From the NCBI RefSeq assembly GCF_006345805.1, contig NW_021832504.1, forward strand, positions 1 through 33,584: a stretch of DNA of 33,584 nt. Reading direction: 5' to 3'. Positions 11,368 through 24,234 of this stretch are shown here, one piece after another. The first letter of the stretch is position 1. Each line of letters begins with the position of its first letter. The translations under genes and the position numbers were made by a program. Origin of the DNA: Octopus sinensis (lineage: Eukaryota). The notes under the pieces are model-generated. The model saw only the letters and a program-made list of their open reading frames with translations. It made no database searches and was not told where the DNA came from.

Positions 11368-11577
11368 TTGTATGTATATGTTTGTGTGTCTATTTTTATC
11401 CCCCACCATCGCTTGACAACCGATGCTGGTGTGTTTACGTCCCCGTAACTTAGCGGTTCGGCAGAAGACGCCGATAGGATAAGTACTAGGCTTACAAAGA
11501 ATAAGTTCTGGGGTCGATTTGTTCGACTAAAGGCTCCAGACTGGCCGTAGTCAAAATGACTGAAAAGAATAAAAGAA
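11186..11577 (+). mobile_element. Near full-length SINE-A with internal (TA)n
   Basis: ggcacaggagtgactgt...gggcaagtgtcttc...ccccgtaacttagcggttcgg...aaatgactgaaaagaataaaagaa. Confidence 0.92.
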
Positions 11578-11599
11578 CACGATACTTATATACCTACCA

Positions 11600-13310
<1,711 letters not shown>

Positions 13311-13319
13311 CTAGGTATG

Positions 13320-13572
13320 CATATATGGGTGCAGGACGTCACAAAACGCAAACAACATGAAATACGAAAATAACATAAGGTTCGGTACGCAAAGAACGAG
13401 AGAAACAAATTGAAAACAAGACAAGTAACATAAAAATAACGACCCTTCGTCAGTTGTCGGCTGTCCGTCTACTCCCTATTTCGAGCATTGAATAAAATAT
13501 AAGACTTGAAGGCAGTTACTCCCGTGAACCAAAATAATATTTGGGATTTTCGGAGGGTCAAAGTTGGTACCA
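13320..13572 (-). mobile_element. Unclassified repeat fragment between TA-rich tracts, with partial hammerhead-like core (possibly Penelope-like)
   Basis: Minus strand cagccgacaaCTGACGAagggtc (core at 13447-13453), flanked by (TACA)n and (TA)n. No matching GAAA half found. Confidence 0.3.
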
Positions 13573-13577
13573 TATAT

Positions 13578-13646
<69 letters not shown>

Positions 13647-13690
13647 ACATACATACAATACATACATACATACATATATGTATATATATT

Positions 13691-13984
13691 ACCGTGATCA
13701 CCGTGACCGACCAGGCTATCAGATGTTGCTACACATCGCTGGTCACAATGCGCTTCGCATTGTTTTAGCCTTCAAATGACTCCACCCCACTGGCTAAGTG
13801 AGCAGGCCAAAAGAAGAAAGTGTGGCGAAAGACTACAGCAGGAATCGCCACCACTACTCCTGCCGGAGCCTCGTGGAGCTTTAGGTGCTTTCGCTCAATA
13901 AACACTCACAACGCTCGGTCTGGGAATCGAAGCCGCGATCCTACGACCGCGAGTCCGCTGCCCTAACTACTAGGCCATTGCGCC
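13691..13984 (-). mobile_element. SINE-C with tRNA-Arg-like head
   Basis: Minus strand ggcgcaatggcctagtagttagggcagcggacTCGcggtcgtaggatcgcggcttcgattcccagacc shows an A box, a TCG anticodon-like triplet and a B box. The tail has a repeated tcacggt unit. It is inserted in (TA)n. Confidence 0.75.
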
Positions 13985-14088
13985 GCCATACATACATATA
14001 TATATATATATATATGTTATGTATATGTATATATATGTATATATATATACACATATATATCTATATATATTTAAATATATATATATAT

Positions 14089-14129
<41 letters not shown>

Positions 14130-14551
14130 TAAACAGTAAATTAAATACAGACATGGACAAGAACATGAAACACCACAGAGACGACACAAGAACCACAGGA
14201 ATATATATATGGTCTCATTATTCAATCGGAATTTGGTAAATTGTGCCTTTCGAAACACGTGTAGAATGCAATAAAACGATTTCTGTTCAATCTTCGTTCA
14301 ACTCCATTTCTTCAATTCACTAATAATATTAAAATTCAATTATCCGCACCAACGCACGGTTGCAACACCATATGGTTGTACCTCCAACCGTGCTGTCTTC
14401 TGCTGTGATTTTTGCTACCAAGGTATCGGTTAAACTTTTGATTAATCTGCAACAAGATTATTCATCTTTCTATTTCACAAAATATATATATACATATATA
14501 TATAGGTACATATATGTATGTATGTAGATGTATATTTGTGTATTCATGTGT

Positions 14552-14845
14552 ATAACAAAACAGGAAAATGGAAATATTTTACTATTATTTATTCTCCATT
14601 ACACGTGTTTCATTTGCTAATAGGAATCACAAATGTTTACATGTTATTTATACATATAAGGAATTTCCTATTAGAAAAATCTTCAGACAGTGAAAATTAT
14701 AAAATTCATCTCTGAATTCTTTCTTGTACGAAATTCCTTACATGTCTTTCTGACATGTAAATATTTGTGACTCCTATTAGCAAACGAAACACGTGTAATG
14801 GAGAATAAATAATATTAAAATATTTTCATTTTCCTGTTTTTTTAT
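14552..14845. mobile_element. Degenerate ~295-bp palindrome (foldback element)
   Basis: tatttattctccattacacgtgtttc pairs with gaaacacgtgtaatggagaataaata. The inner taaggaatttc / gaaattcctta also pair. Centre is near 14698. Confidence 0.85.
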
Positions 14846-15035
14846 TCAAGGACTCTGCAATTAATATTTCCATAATTCTCAATTTTAATGTGTTTCAATT
14901 TACGTACAACAGTAACTATGGAAACACATTGATTATAATAACGAAATAAGCAGATGTGCTTCAAGAGGGGACGGTTGGGCTGTATATATCTATGAATGTG
15001 ACTAAGTTTCTAGATGTATGCATAAAAACATACAT

Positions 15036-15204
15036 GCGCAGGAGTGGCTGTGTGGTAAGAAGCTTACTTCCCAACCACATGTTTCCGAGTTCAGTCGCAT
15101 TGCGTGGTACCTTGGACAAGTGTCTTCTACTTTAACCTCAGGCTGAACAAAGCCTTCTGACGGAAACTGAAAGAATCCCGTCGTGTATATATATATATAT
15201 ATAT

Positions 15205-15260
<56 letters not shown>

Positions 15261-15264
15261 AATG

Positions 15265-15296
<32 letters not shown>

Positions 15297-15524
15297 CATG
15301 TATGTATGTATTTGTGTGTCTGTATATGTCTCCTCACCATCGCTTGACAGCCGATGTTGGTGTGTTTATGTCCATGTAACTTAGCGGTTCGGAAAAAGCG
15401 AACGATAGAATAAGTGCTAGGGTTACAAAGAATAAGCACTGGGGTCGAATTGTTCAACTAAAGGCTGTGCTCCAGCATGACTGCAGTGAAATGACTGAAA
15501 TAAATTAAAGTATAAAAGAATAAA
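15036..15524 (+). mobile_element. Full-length SINE-A with internal (TA)(TG)(TATG)
   Basis: gcgcaggagtggctgtgtggtaagaagc...ctccagcatgactgcagtgaaatgactgaaataaattaaag. Confidence 0.92.
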
Positions 15525-15759
15525 CCCGTACAATTTACTGTTCCCTTATTGGTGGGACTCAATAAAAAATACCCCTTCCGGTGAAGAGGTAAATATTTAA
15601 TGTAAACAGCTTTTAAATTGAAGCTACTATTAGTTTCATGCTTTGAAAACATAATAAATTGGCAGACTTATATATCATACCTTGTGTATCCACGCAATCT
15701 TTCTGGCTCGTACAGCAAGGTTGATCTCTTTTTTTTTGTTTTTGTTTTTAAACAATCGA

Positions 15760-16110
15760 GAAAGGACGCTGAGCTTTGAAGAATCACGAAAAAGGACGAG
15801 AGGAAGATAAAGTGGAAAAGTGTAATGATAGAAAACAAAGTGGAATCTGGAAAAAGAAAAACAATAAAATTAAGAGTTGCATCCTTTTGACTGTTGGAAT
15901 CAGAATTAATATTATTGGTGTAGATTAATTCAACGGAGAGGGGTCATTGTCAGTGAAATTGCCTGCCTAATCAGCAGAGAACGGTTTCCTCCAATTCAAG
16001 AACAGAAATTTGTCCATATGTTTACATTTAATAAAAGTTTCGGATCTGGAATAGGAATCTAATAAATGCGACTTTTTATATCTAGAAATTTCGGCTACGC
16101 AAAGCCTGCA
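15760..16110 (-). mobile_element. Possible highly decayed CR1/Jockey-type LINE AP-endonuclease fragment
   Basis: Minus-strand pieces SHLLDSYSRSETFI, AD*AGNFTDNDPSPL and SDSNSQKDATLNFIVFLFPDS resemble, in order, the recalled endonuclease C-terminal half (NDLxQLI...PT...LDLFLTSxPD). Many stops and frameshifts. Confidence 0.3.
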
Positions 16111-16307
16111 CCTTCTTCATCGATTAACACAAGGCATGGATCCCTTTACGATATTTGACACCCTTTACGATGCCAGACATAGCTAGGTAACTTTGTTTAC
16201 TTTCATCTTATCCACGTACAGTCAATCGAATTTAAATACTGTGCTTAATATATGATGAATACACCCACATACACACACACACATATATACATATATGTAT
16301 ATATACA

Positions 16308-16522
16308 TCTTTTTATTTGTTTCAGTCATTTGACTGCAGCCATGCTGGAGCACCGTCTTTAGTCGAGCAAATCGACCACAGGACTTATTCTTTGTAAGCT
16401 TAGTACTTATTCTATCGGTCTCTCTTGCAGAACTGCTAAGTTACGGGAACGTAAACACACCAGTATCTGTTGTCAAGCGATGTTGGGAGGACAAACACAG
16501 ACACACAAACATATACATACAC

Positions 16523-16579
<57 letters not shown>

Positions 16580-16740
16580 CGACGGGCTTCTTTCAATTTC
16601 CGTCTACCAAATCCACTCAGAAGGCTTTTGTCAGCCCGAGGCTAAAGAAGACACTTGCCCAAGGTGCCACGCAGTGGGACTGAACCCGGAACCATGAGGC
16701 TGGTAAGCAAGCTACTTACCACACAGCTACTCCTGCTCCT
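16308..16740 (-). mobile_element. Full-length SINE-A with internal (CA)(TA)
   Basis: tttcagtcatttgactgcagccatgctggagcacc...gacacttgcccaaggtgccacgcagtgggactgaacccggaacc...accacacagctactcctgc. Confidence 0.92.
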
Positions 16741-17029
16741 ACATGTGTGTGTGTGTGTGTGTTATCTACACTGTATACTTTCCTTGATTTTATGACTAAT
16801 AATCTCATTAACTTCTGTAACTATATCAGTTACACTGCTTCGTTACTTAATCTTCTTCGTTTCATGCTGTAGGGTGCCAATCATTATTATCAACATCATT
16901 TGTTTATTCATCAGATTAACCCAGCCTCCATACCGTTACTGTTTCTCCTTTTTTTAACTGTTTTGTTACAGCATCTTTTTTTATCGTTTTTCCTGTATTT
17001 TTCACACTACATCTATCTTTACTTATCAC

Positions 17030-17536
17030 TGATTTATTTGTTACTGATCCAGGGTAACACGGTACGCTCAATTGTAAACCACGTTGCATTTATCACAGAT
17101 TGATTTGTGATATCACAGGTCAGCGATCAATCGAAGATTCTGCGAAATTTTAGGTGAGGGGGCCAGTCGATTAGATCGACCCCAGTACGCAACTGGTACT
17201 TAATTTATCGACCCCGAAAGGATAAAAGGCAAAGTCGACCTCGGGGGAATTTGAACTCAGACGAAATACCTATTTCTTTACTACCCACAAGGGGCTAAAC
17301 ACAGAGAGGACAAACAAGGACAGACAAACGGATTAAGTCGATCATATCGACCCCAGTGCGTAACTGGTACTTATTTAATCGATCCCGAAAGGATGAAAGG
17401 CAACGTCGACCTCGGCGGAATTTGAACTCAGAACGTAACGGCAGACGAAATACCGCTAGGCATTTCGCCCGGCGTGCTAACGTTTCTGCCAGCTCGCCAA
17501 TAATGCGCAATTACCCAGAATGCATTATCTCTTGTG
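17030..17536. repeat. Copy 1 of a ~165-bp local direct repeat, interrupted by SINE-B insertions
   Basis: 17030-17149 plus 17498-17536 together align with the uninterrupted 18366-18530. Confidence 0.85.
17146..17498 (-). mobile_element. Two SINE-B copies (one truncated, one full-length with an alternative 3' tail)
   Basis: actggtacttaatttatcgaccccgaaagga...ggaatttgaactcaga occurs twice. The head is gctaacgtttctgccagctcgcc. Confidence 0.92.
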
Positions 17537-17813
17537 TTTACCTGGCTGTGCTACGAGGTTACGTATTTTTTTACTGGTTTATGTACAAGTACCCAGTCAA
17601 CATGAGACTAATGAACTGAAAATGTACGTAGGATTCTGATCCTAATAAGGACACGAGCGAGTGTTTTCTCTACAAGAAAATGCAGAGGTGATCATTAAAA
17701 CAGTGGAAACTTAAATGTTGCAAACCGCAAGTTTGCTGCCGATGAATCTATCAATTCTTCTATTTACTTACTTACTCTCAAGTAAAGTTTTATGGAGCCT
17801 TATCTTGCCTTAC

Positions 17814-18095
17814 ATTGCAGTTCTCAATCGTTTTGGGCAGCAACACCCGACAAAGCAATGGCTGTATGACAGTCTTCCTGTAAACAAAGAAAGAAGAACA
17901 GGTTATCCAATACACTGCGGGAGAATTAAGAATGAGACATTCAATGATTTCCATTTCTGGAAACCCACGCATGGACGTACAGGTGTCGGCAGACCAAAGA
18001 AAGCAGATATCGATTAACTTGTGGAAGACACTGGATATCGAGTTGATGATACGAAAACTGCTATGGAAGATAGGAATATCTGGTGTGGAAGAGTT
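17814..18095 (+). mobile_element. Decayed 3' end of an RTE-clade LINE ORF
   Basis: Translates AVLNRFGQQHPTKQWLYDSLP...RRTGYPIHCGR...WKPTHGRTGVGRPK...ID*LVEDTG...AMEDRNIW, matching the recalled RTE C-terminus (QHPTKxxLYGxLP, GHCWR, WxPxHG, GRP, AMxDRxxW). Confidence 0.8.
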
Positions 18096-18365
18096 GCTTT
18101 GCTCCGGGCAAGTCGCCGTCTGAAGAGATAGTGCCATGCTTCCGCTGCCTGATTTATGTACCTATGCAGTTTCGACCCGTTCTCCCACTTGATCCAGCAG
18201 AAAATTCATTATATCACAGTAAGCGAGAGAGAAGATTCCACTGGTATTTGGTTGGTTTTCATTTCAATTGAACGAGCTGGGAGCAATGCGAAATACTAGT
18301 ATTGACGTGTTCGCTTTTTTTTATGAATGCAGCATACCTGGAACTACATTATCTAAGAATTGAGC

Positions 18366-18530
18366 GATTTATTACTGATCCAAAGTAACACGGTATGCTC
18401 AATTGTAAACTACGTTACACTTATCACGGATTGATCTGTGATATTATGGGTCGGCGATCAATCGAAGATTCTGCGAAGATTCGGCTACCACCAACAATGT
18501 GCAATTACCCAGAATGCACTATCTCTTGTG
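18366..18530. repeat. Copy 2 (empty) of the local direct repeat
   Basis: ttactgatccaaagtaacacggtatgctcaattgtaaac...gcaattacccagaatgcactatctcttgtg. Confidence 0.85.
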
Positions 18531-18959
18531 AGATCAGTCGCTAATAATTAATTACCAAAAGGTAACCGTCATATCCATTTATGCACCAAGCGTCTTTCAA
18601 GGCTAATAACGCAGTATTCGGTGTTCTAACAAAACATTCATGTTAAGTGGAATTTGAAAATTCCATTATCAAATGTTTATTCTTTCTTCTCTTGTTTCTT
18701 TTTTTTTTGTTTTTGAAGACCGCAGAGTGTTTGAGTGTTTGAGGAATATCTGACTACTATTTCAAACACGTTCTTCGAGCGCATAGAGCAGGCAGGGGCG
18801 ATCTTTCTCGAGAAGCGGGCCGCATGAGACATGGCTCATCATCAAGTGGCCCACACAACTAAAAAAAATTCAAGGTTATTTTTTTAGTTAGGCGTGCCAC
18901 TCTGAAAGTTACCCAGGCTGCCTGTGGCTGACGCAGAGATACCGTCGATGTCTTCGTAT

Positions 18960-19140
18960 ATTGGTTTCAACTTTTGGCACAAGGCCAGCAAGTTCGAGGG
19001 AAAGTGGGTAAATCGATTACATCGACCCCAGTGCGCAGTTCGCACTTCTTTTATCGACCCCGAAAGGATAAATGGCAATGACGACCTTGCCGGAATTTGA
19101 ACTCAGAATGTAAAGACGGACGAAATGCTTTCGTATTTAG
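18960..19140 (-). mobile_element. SINE-B, partial
   Basis: tcgattacatcgaccccagtg...tatcgaccccgaaaggata...ggaatttgaactcagaa. Confidence 0.85.
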
Positions 19141-19937
19141 CGATGTACAGATGTAAGTACTTTGAAATGGAGTTGAACGGGGGAGAATAACAGAATAAAA
19201 GATAAGGAGGAAAAGGGATAGAGAGAGAGAGGGGGGTGAAGATATTAGACAGGCAGGCAAACTGACTGACAGACAGACTGATTAGACAGTCGGACAGACA
19301 AAACCGAAAATAGCGGGAAGAGTTTGGTTGATAAGAAAGACAAGAAATTGCAAGATATCACAGAAGGCGTTGTTCTGCGATATTAGACACACGGTTGTTG
19401 TTTTCGTAACTGAAGAAGGAGACCAACACCGCTACCCACCCCACTCACTCTCCCTCTCTCTTTCTCTCGCTCTCTTTCCTTCTCTTTCTTTCTTCCTTCC
19501 TTCTTTCCTTCCTTTCTTCTCCTCTTGTTCTCTTCCCTCTCTTTCTCTCCTCTCTCCTTCTATCGCTTTGCTGTAGTTTAGCCCCAGGTCAAACCCAGAT
19601 CTGATTCTATAAATCTTTGATCAAATGTGTGCCAACCATGACCAACTCTTCATTTTTTATTTTCTTTTGTTAATCTAAAGACTACATCGTATAAAGACAT
19701 CAGGATGTTTGTAATTTAATAGCGACATAGCTGCTATGTCTAGCAGGTTCTAGCAACCACGTAGAGGATTCTTGGCTGGCTCATGGAACAGGACGTGTTC
19801 TAAGGAAGCAAACGAGGGGTGATGAGGTGGGGGAGCATAGTGTGATGCGGAGGAGGGCAGGGAAGCAAAAAATAAAAGACCAACAGCCTTTTAAGAATCC
19901 ACAAGACTGGAAAAAATTTAGTTATCGAAGAAGAAAA

Positions 19938-19938
<1 letters not shown>

Positions 19939-19999
<61 letters not shown>
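19939..19999. repeat. (TAG)n microsatellite
   Basis: Directly visible. Confidence 0.95.
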
Positions 20000-20130
20000 T
20001 ACTGTGATATGGAGCAGAATTCCCATATAATTGCAGAAGGTGTGGTGGGATGGGTGGGGTGGGGTGGTAACAGTAGCGTAGCTTGACGGGAGGTGGGGTA
20101 CGGAGAGAGAGAGTGGTGGCGGCCCACTTC

Positions 20131-20425
20131 GGGCGGGGTTTTTTTTAGGCGGCGGCACTTTTGGATCTGCTGCATAAACCTATATAGGAGGGGCAGACGG
20201 TGCCAATTTCAAGGGCTGTTCTCTGGCGGCACACACTGTAGCTACCCCACTAGATGGCAGTTGTGATGGAATCACGTGTTCAAATTATTTAGCAAATAGA
20301 CTTAACAACGCTAGAATTAACAACCAAATCTTCCTCAAATGATAATACCTTTTTTAAAATTAGCTACATGGACCGTAAAAGACCTTCAGGACAATACAAA
20401 GGGAAAGGCCGATAGGGATTTGCAT
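20131..20425. promoter_or_regulatory. Candidate cis-regulatory cluster (GC box, CArG box, CTCF motif, E-box, octamer)
   Basis: GGGCGGGG 20131-20138, CCTATATAGG 20179-20188, CCACTAGATGGCAG 20247-20260, CACGTG 20273-20278 and ATTTGCAT 20418-20425, all in a relatively GC-rich repeat-free island. Confidence 0.45.
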
Positions 20426-20539
20426 AAAACTGTATAAACAATAAAACAGGACAGGCTCGCCGTCCAAGAAGCGAACCGCGGAACTCGACGAACGACTCTC
20501 GGAACCTACAGCAGCAAAGGGCTCAACCCAGCCCCTCTG

Positions 20540-20930
20540 CCACATAGTTCCTGGTTCAGTTCCATCGTGTAGCACCCTGGGCAAGTGTCCTCTACTGTAA
20601 CCTCGGGTGCACCGAAGTGGATTTATGTGAGTGGGTTTGGGAAGCGGAAACTGAAATAATCTCATCAAATATATAAGTGTGTGTGTGTGTGTGTGTGTGT
20701 GTCTTTGTTTCTGTCTGTGTTTGTCCCTCACTACTCTGCTTCACGAAGGAACTTAGTGTTTACGTCCCCGTAACTAAGCTGTTCAACAAAAGGGAGCTTC
20801 AGAATAAGTACCAGGATTTACAAAGAAAAAAGAAAAAAGTCCTGGAGTTGACTCATTCGACCCCAAATCCTTCAAGGCGTTGTCCCAGCATGTCTGCAGT
20901 CTAATGACTGAAACAAATAAAAAACAAAAT
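20540..20930 (+). mobile_element. SINE-A, 5'-truncated, internal (TG)n
   Basis: ccacatagttcctggttcag...gggcaagtgtc...tgcagtctaatgactgaaacaaataaaa. Confidence 0.85.
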
Positions 20931-21352
20931 ATACACTCGGCCAAATATTTGTTTAACGGCAGCCTTAGCACGTCACCTTGCTTAACGCCACTAACGTGGT
21001 CTTTGAGTAACTTTAACTGATTTCTCGCTGATAACAAGAAGCCTACGGACCAGCCAGTCAAACACTGGGGTCCTACTGTTACCGTCTCAACTGCCCACCC
21101 CTTTTCTCTATCCAGTCACCGCCACCACCACCCTACCCCAAAACCGAAGCCCGCCAAATTCGTGGCATTGTGCCTACTTTAGAAATCACTCTTATTTTAA
21201 AGCTAATTACAGTAGTCTGGCAAAGCCATTTAGGCTTCTAAGCTTGTTTAAAATATCCATTTAAATAAGTGAACCGTGAACGGGATGGTAAAATATGGCA
21301 ATATGTGTGTCCAACACACACACATACATATACGGAGTGGTGTTTATATAAT

Positions 21353-21413
<61 letters not shown>

Positions 21414-21699
21414 GTGTTTGCGTGGGTGCAGGTGTGTGAGTTATATATATATATTTATATATGTGTGTGTATGTGTGTAAACGCTGAAATTCTTGTGTGT
21501 TCAAGATATATTTCTTTAATTATTTTATACAAGAGCTGTTCCTGCATTATAATCCGTCGACATAAATGACACTAATTCCAGCTGACTGATATGTGGGGAG
21601 TGAAAGGGGGAAGGCCGAGGGGAGGTCGAGCAGAGGTGGTTGGGAGGAGAGGTCTTATGGATATGAAACGTAGGTGTTTAGGGCCTATGTGTGTGTGTA

Positions 21700-21793
21700 T
21701 AAATATATAAATATATATATACATATATATATATTTATATATATATAATGTGGCTGGGTATGAATGTGTACGAATATACATATGTGCATATAC

Positions 21794-21831
<38 letters not shown>

Positions 21832-21977
21832 CTATATAAATATAAGTATATATATATAATGTGGATGTGTGAATGTGTACGAATATACATATGTGCAGAT
21901 ATATATGTATGTACATATATATATATGCTTGCACATACATATATATCTATATATATATATAATATATATATATAGAC

Positions 21978-22042
<65 letters not shown>

Positions 22043-22183
22043 TACACACACACATATATATATATATTTATATATATATATATATATACACACACACATT
22101 TGATATATTTGTTCTGCAAGGTTCTTGATGTGAAAACGTGTTGAAATAATATATATATATAAACATACATACACACCACACAC

Positions 22184-22214
<31 letters not shown>

Positions 22215-22265
22215 TGTATGTATGTATGTATGTATATACACATATTTTATATATGTGTATGCATA
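21700..22265. repeat. (TA)/(GATA)/(TATG) microsatellite field with a duplicated ~45-bp unit (21742-21788 and 21853-21897)
   Basis: Directly visible. tgaatgtgtacgaatatacatatgtgca occurs twice. Confidence 0.9.
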
Positions 22266-22567
22266 TTAATAAAATATATATTAAGTTTTATTAATAAGCT
22301 ATGATTAAGTCGTTATATGTAATAAATGAAAATGTACACTGTCGCAGACTTATGCATGCCAGGAAGGCATTACTTTGAAGCTGGGGACGCGGTGGGGGCC
22401 AAACGCACTAATGATTCCCCTACCGCCATGATGAACGAGAGGTTGGAACTTGTGCCCTGGTTAGACTTTTTCATCCTAGGTCAGTGGCTCTCAACCGGGG
22501 TCCATACGAGCCTTAGGAGGCCATTTCAGATTCGCTGCTAAAATTTATCGACAAGAAATTGGCTATA

Positions 22568-22820
22568 TAGGGTGTTCAAAAAGTCTCTCCGCAGTAAGTA
22601 TTTTATTGCAAAATATATATATATATTTATAAGATGGTATAAGACTACAAAAGACTATATTAGACTTTACAAGACTTTAAAAAACATTATAAGAGGTATT
22701 GAAAGTCTCGTTCTTCATTTTCAATATATAAATTGACTCATCTGCACTTGTTTTGAGTCTGACTGTTCGAGAGTCAGGATGAAAAAAAGTTCACTGCGGA
22801 GAGACTTTTTGAACACCCTG
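22568..22820. mobile_element. Tc1/mariner-type MITE, 28-bp TIRs, TA target duplication
   Basis: tagggtgttcaaaaagtctctccgcagt (22568-22595) and actgcggagagactttttgaacaccctg (22793-22820) differ at one position. TA lies on both sides. Confidence 0.92.
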
Positions 22821-22874
22821 TACTTTTTACAATGCATAAAATATCTTAACACTTAATTTATACAGTTCATAATA

Positions 22875-23418
22875 AAATTTGAGCTCAGAACGTAACGACG
22901 GGCGAAATACCGCTAAGCATTTCGTCCAACGTGCTAACGATTCTGCCAGCTCGCCGCCTTATATATAATAAAAATAACCCTTTCTACTGGAGGTACAAGG
23001 CCTCAGATTAGTGGGGAGGGTACAAGTCGATTACATCGACCCCAGTATGCAACTGGTACTTAATTTATCGACCCCGAAAGGATGAAAGGCAAAGTCGACC
23101 TCGGCGATATTCGAACTCAGAACGTAGCGACGCGCGAAATAACATTAAGCATTTCGTTCACCGTGCTAACGATTCTACCAGCTCGCCGCCCTCAATCATT
23201 CATAATAATAAACGATAAAAATATAATCCTTTCTATTATAAACACAGGGCCCGAAATTTGGGGGAGGGGGTTTATCGGTTACATTCGACCCTAATGTCCA
23301 ACTGCTACTTATTTTACCGACCCTGAAAGGATGAAAGGCAAAGTCGACCTCAGCATAATTTGAACTCAGAACGTAAAGCATTTTGCCCATGGTGCTAACA
23401 ATTCTGCCAGCTCACCGT
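22875..23418 (-). mobile_element. Three head-to-tail SINE-B copies
   Basis: The head gtgctaacgattctgccagctcgccgcc recurs near 22931, 23163 and 23392. Confidence 0.9.
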
Positions 23419-23574
23419 TTTCATTTTTAAACATCGAATGGCTATGAGGGTCCACCCAAGTAAAATAGGAACCAAAAAGATCCATGAGTAAAAAGTGGTT
23501 GAGAACCCCTTAGATGAGTTTAAGTCTAGCTTTCACATTGTTACTAGCATAAACAAACATGGACACTGTCCTTT

Positions 23575-23782
23575 TCTTTTCTATTCTAGGCACAAGACCC
23601 GAGATTTTGGGGAGGGAGCCAGTCGATTAGATCAACCTCAGTATGTAACTGGTACTTGATTTATCGACCCTGAAAGGATGAAAGGCAAAGTCGACCTCGG
23701 CGGAATTTGAACTCAGAACGTAAAGACAAAAATCCGTTAAGAATTTCGCCCGGCGTGCTAACGATTCTGCCAGCTCGCCGCC
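23575..23782 (-). mobile_element. Full-length SINE-B
   Basis: tctttctattctaggcacaagaccc...aaggcaaagtcgacctcggcggaatttgaactc...ctgccagctcgccgcc. Confidence 0.92.
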
Positions 23783-23799
23783 ATGACACTGTTACCAAC

Positions 23800-24200
23800 A
23801 CAAACCCTTCACTCCTTCTGGAACATAGACCTTCTGACAACTTTTCTGCACTGCTCTCGGCTACCTTTTCTGCTTCTTTTACGTTGGACCCATTCTTTTC
23901 CATCTGCGCTGCTTGTACCATCCTTCCTGCTTCCTTGGGGGAAAAGCCTCCTCTCTCGGGTGTTTTGATTTTGAATTGTCATCAATGCTTCTCTAATTTT
24001 GCATTTTTCTAGGTAGGGTGTTGGCCCTACACAAACCCACTTTTATCTCAGAGAAGAGGAGGTCCACATTAGTCTGGCCTCAATCCTTTGACTTAGCCAT
24101 GATAGAAGGCCCAACCAAGAGCTTGTGTCCCGCTGTCACAGCTCTCGGGATCACTGAGGCGCGTGAGTCATCACATTGCAAGCAGGATTGCACCTTGTGA
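23800..24200 (-). mobile_element. Non-autonomous bipartite RTE-derived element (5' UTR-like part fused to ORF 3' end)
   Basis: Minus strand 23800-23940 encodes PQGSRK...EAEKVA...EGLCSRRSEG, resembling an RTE C-terminus. 24015-24200 (ttagtctggcctc...cctttgac...agctctcgggatcactgaggc) resembles recalled RTE 5' regions. Confidence 0.5.
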
Positions 24201-24234
24201 TGGATACAACACTCTAGTGAGGGACTAATCCTAC

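Larger units (their letters stand above)
22482..23510. mobile_element. hAT (Charlie/MER5-like) MITE expanded by nested insertions
   Basis: Ends cagtggctctcaacc and ggttgagaacccct. The left flank tcctaggt fits the NNCTAGNN target. The right TSD is eroded. Confidence 0.65.

Noticed and set aside
13915-13984. tRNA-Arg gene
   Set aside because: The acceptor and anticodon stems pair poorly and the sequence continues into a SINE body. Called as a SINE head instead.
18789-18920. Small hAT (MER30-like) MITE
   Set aside because: The TIR match is weak and the flanking 8-mers (gcatagag / cctgtggc) do not form a TSD.
22875-23782. Regularly recurring repeats resembling a CRISPR-like array
   Set aside because: The units are ~200-bp SINE-B copies in eukaryotic DNA, with no repeat-spacer structure or cas genes.
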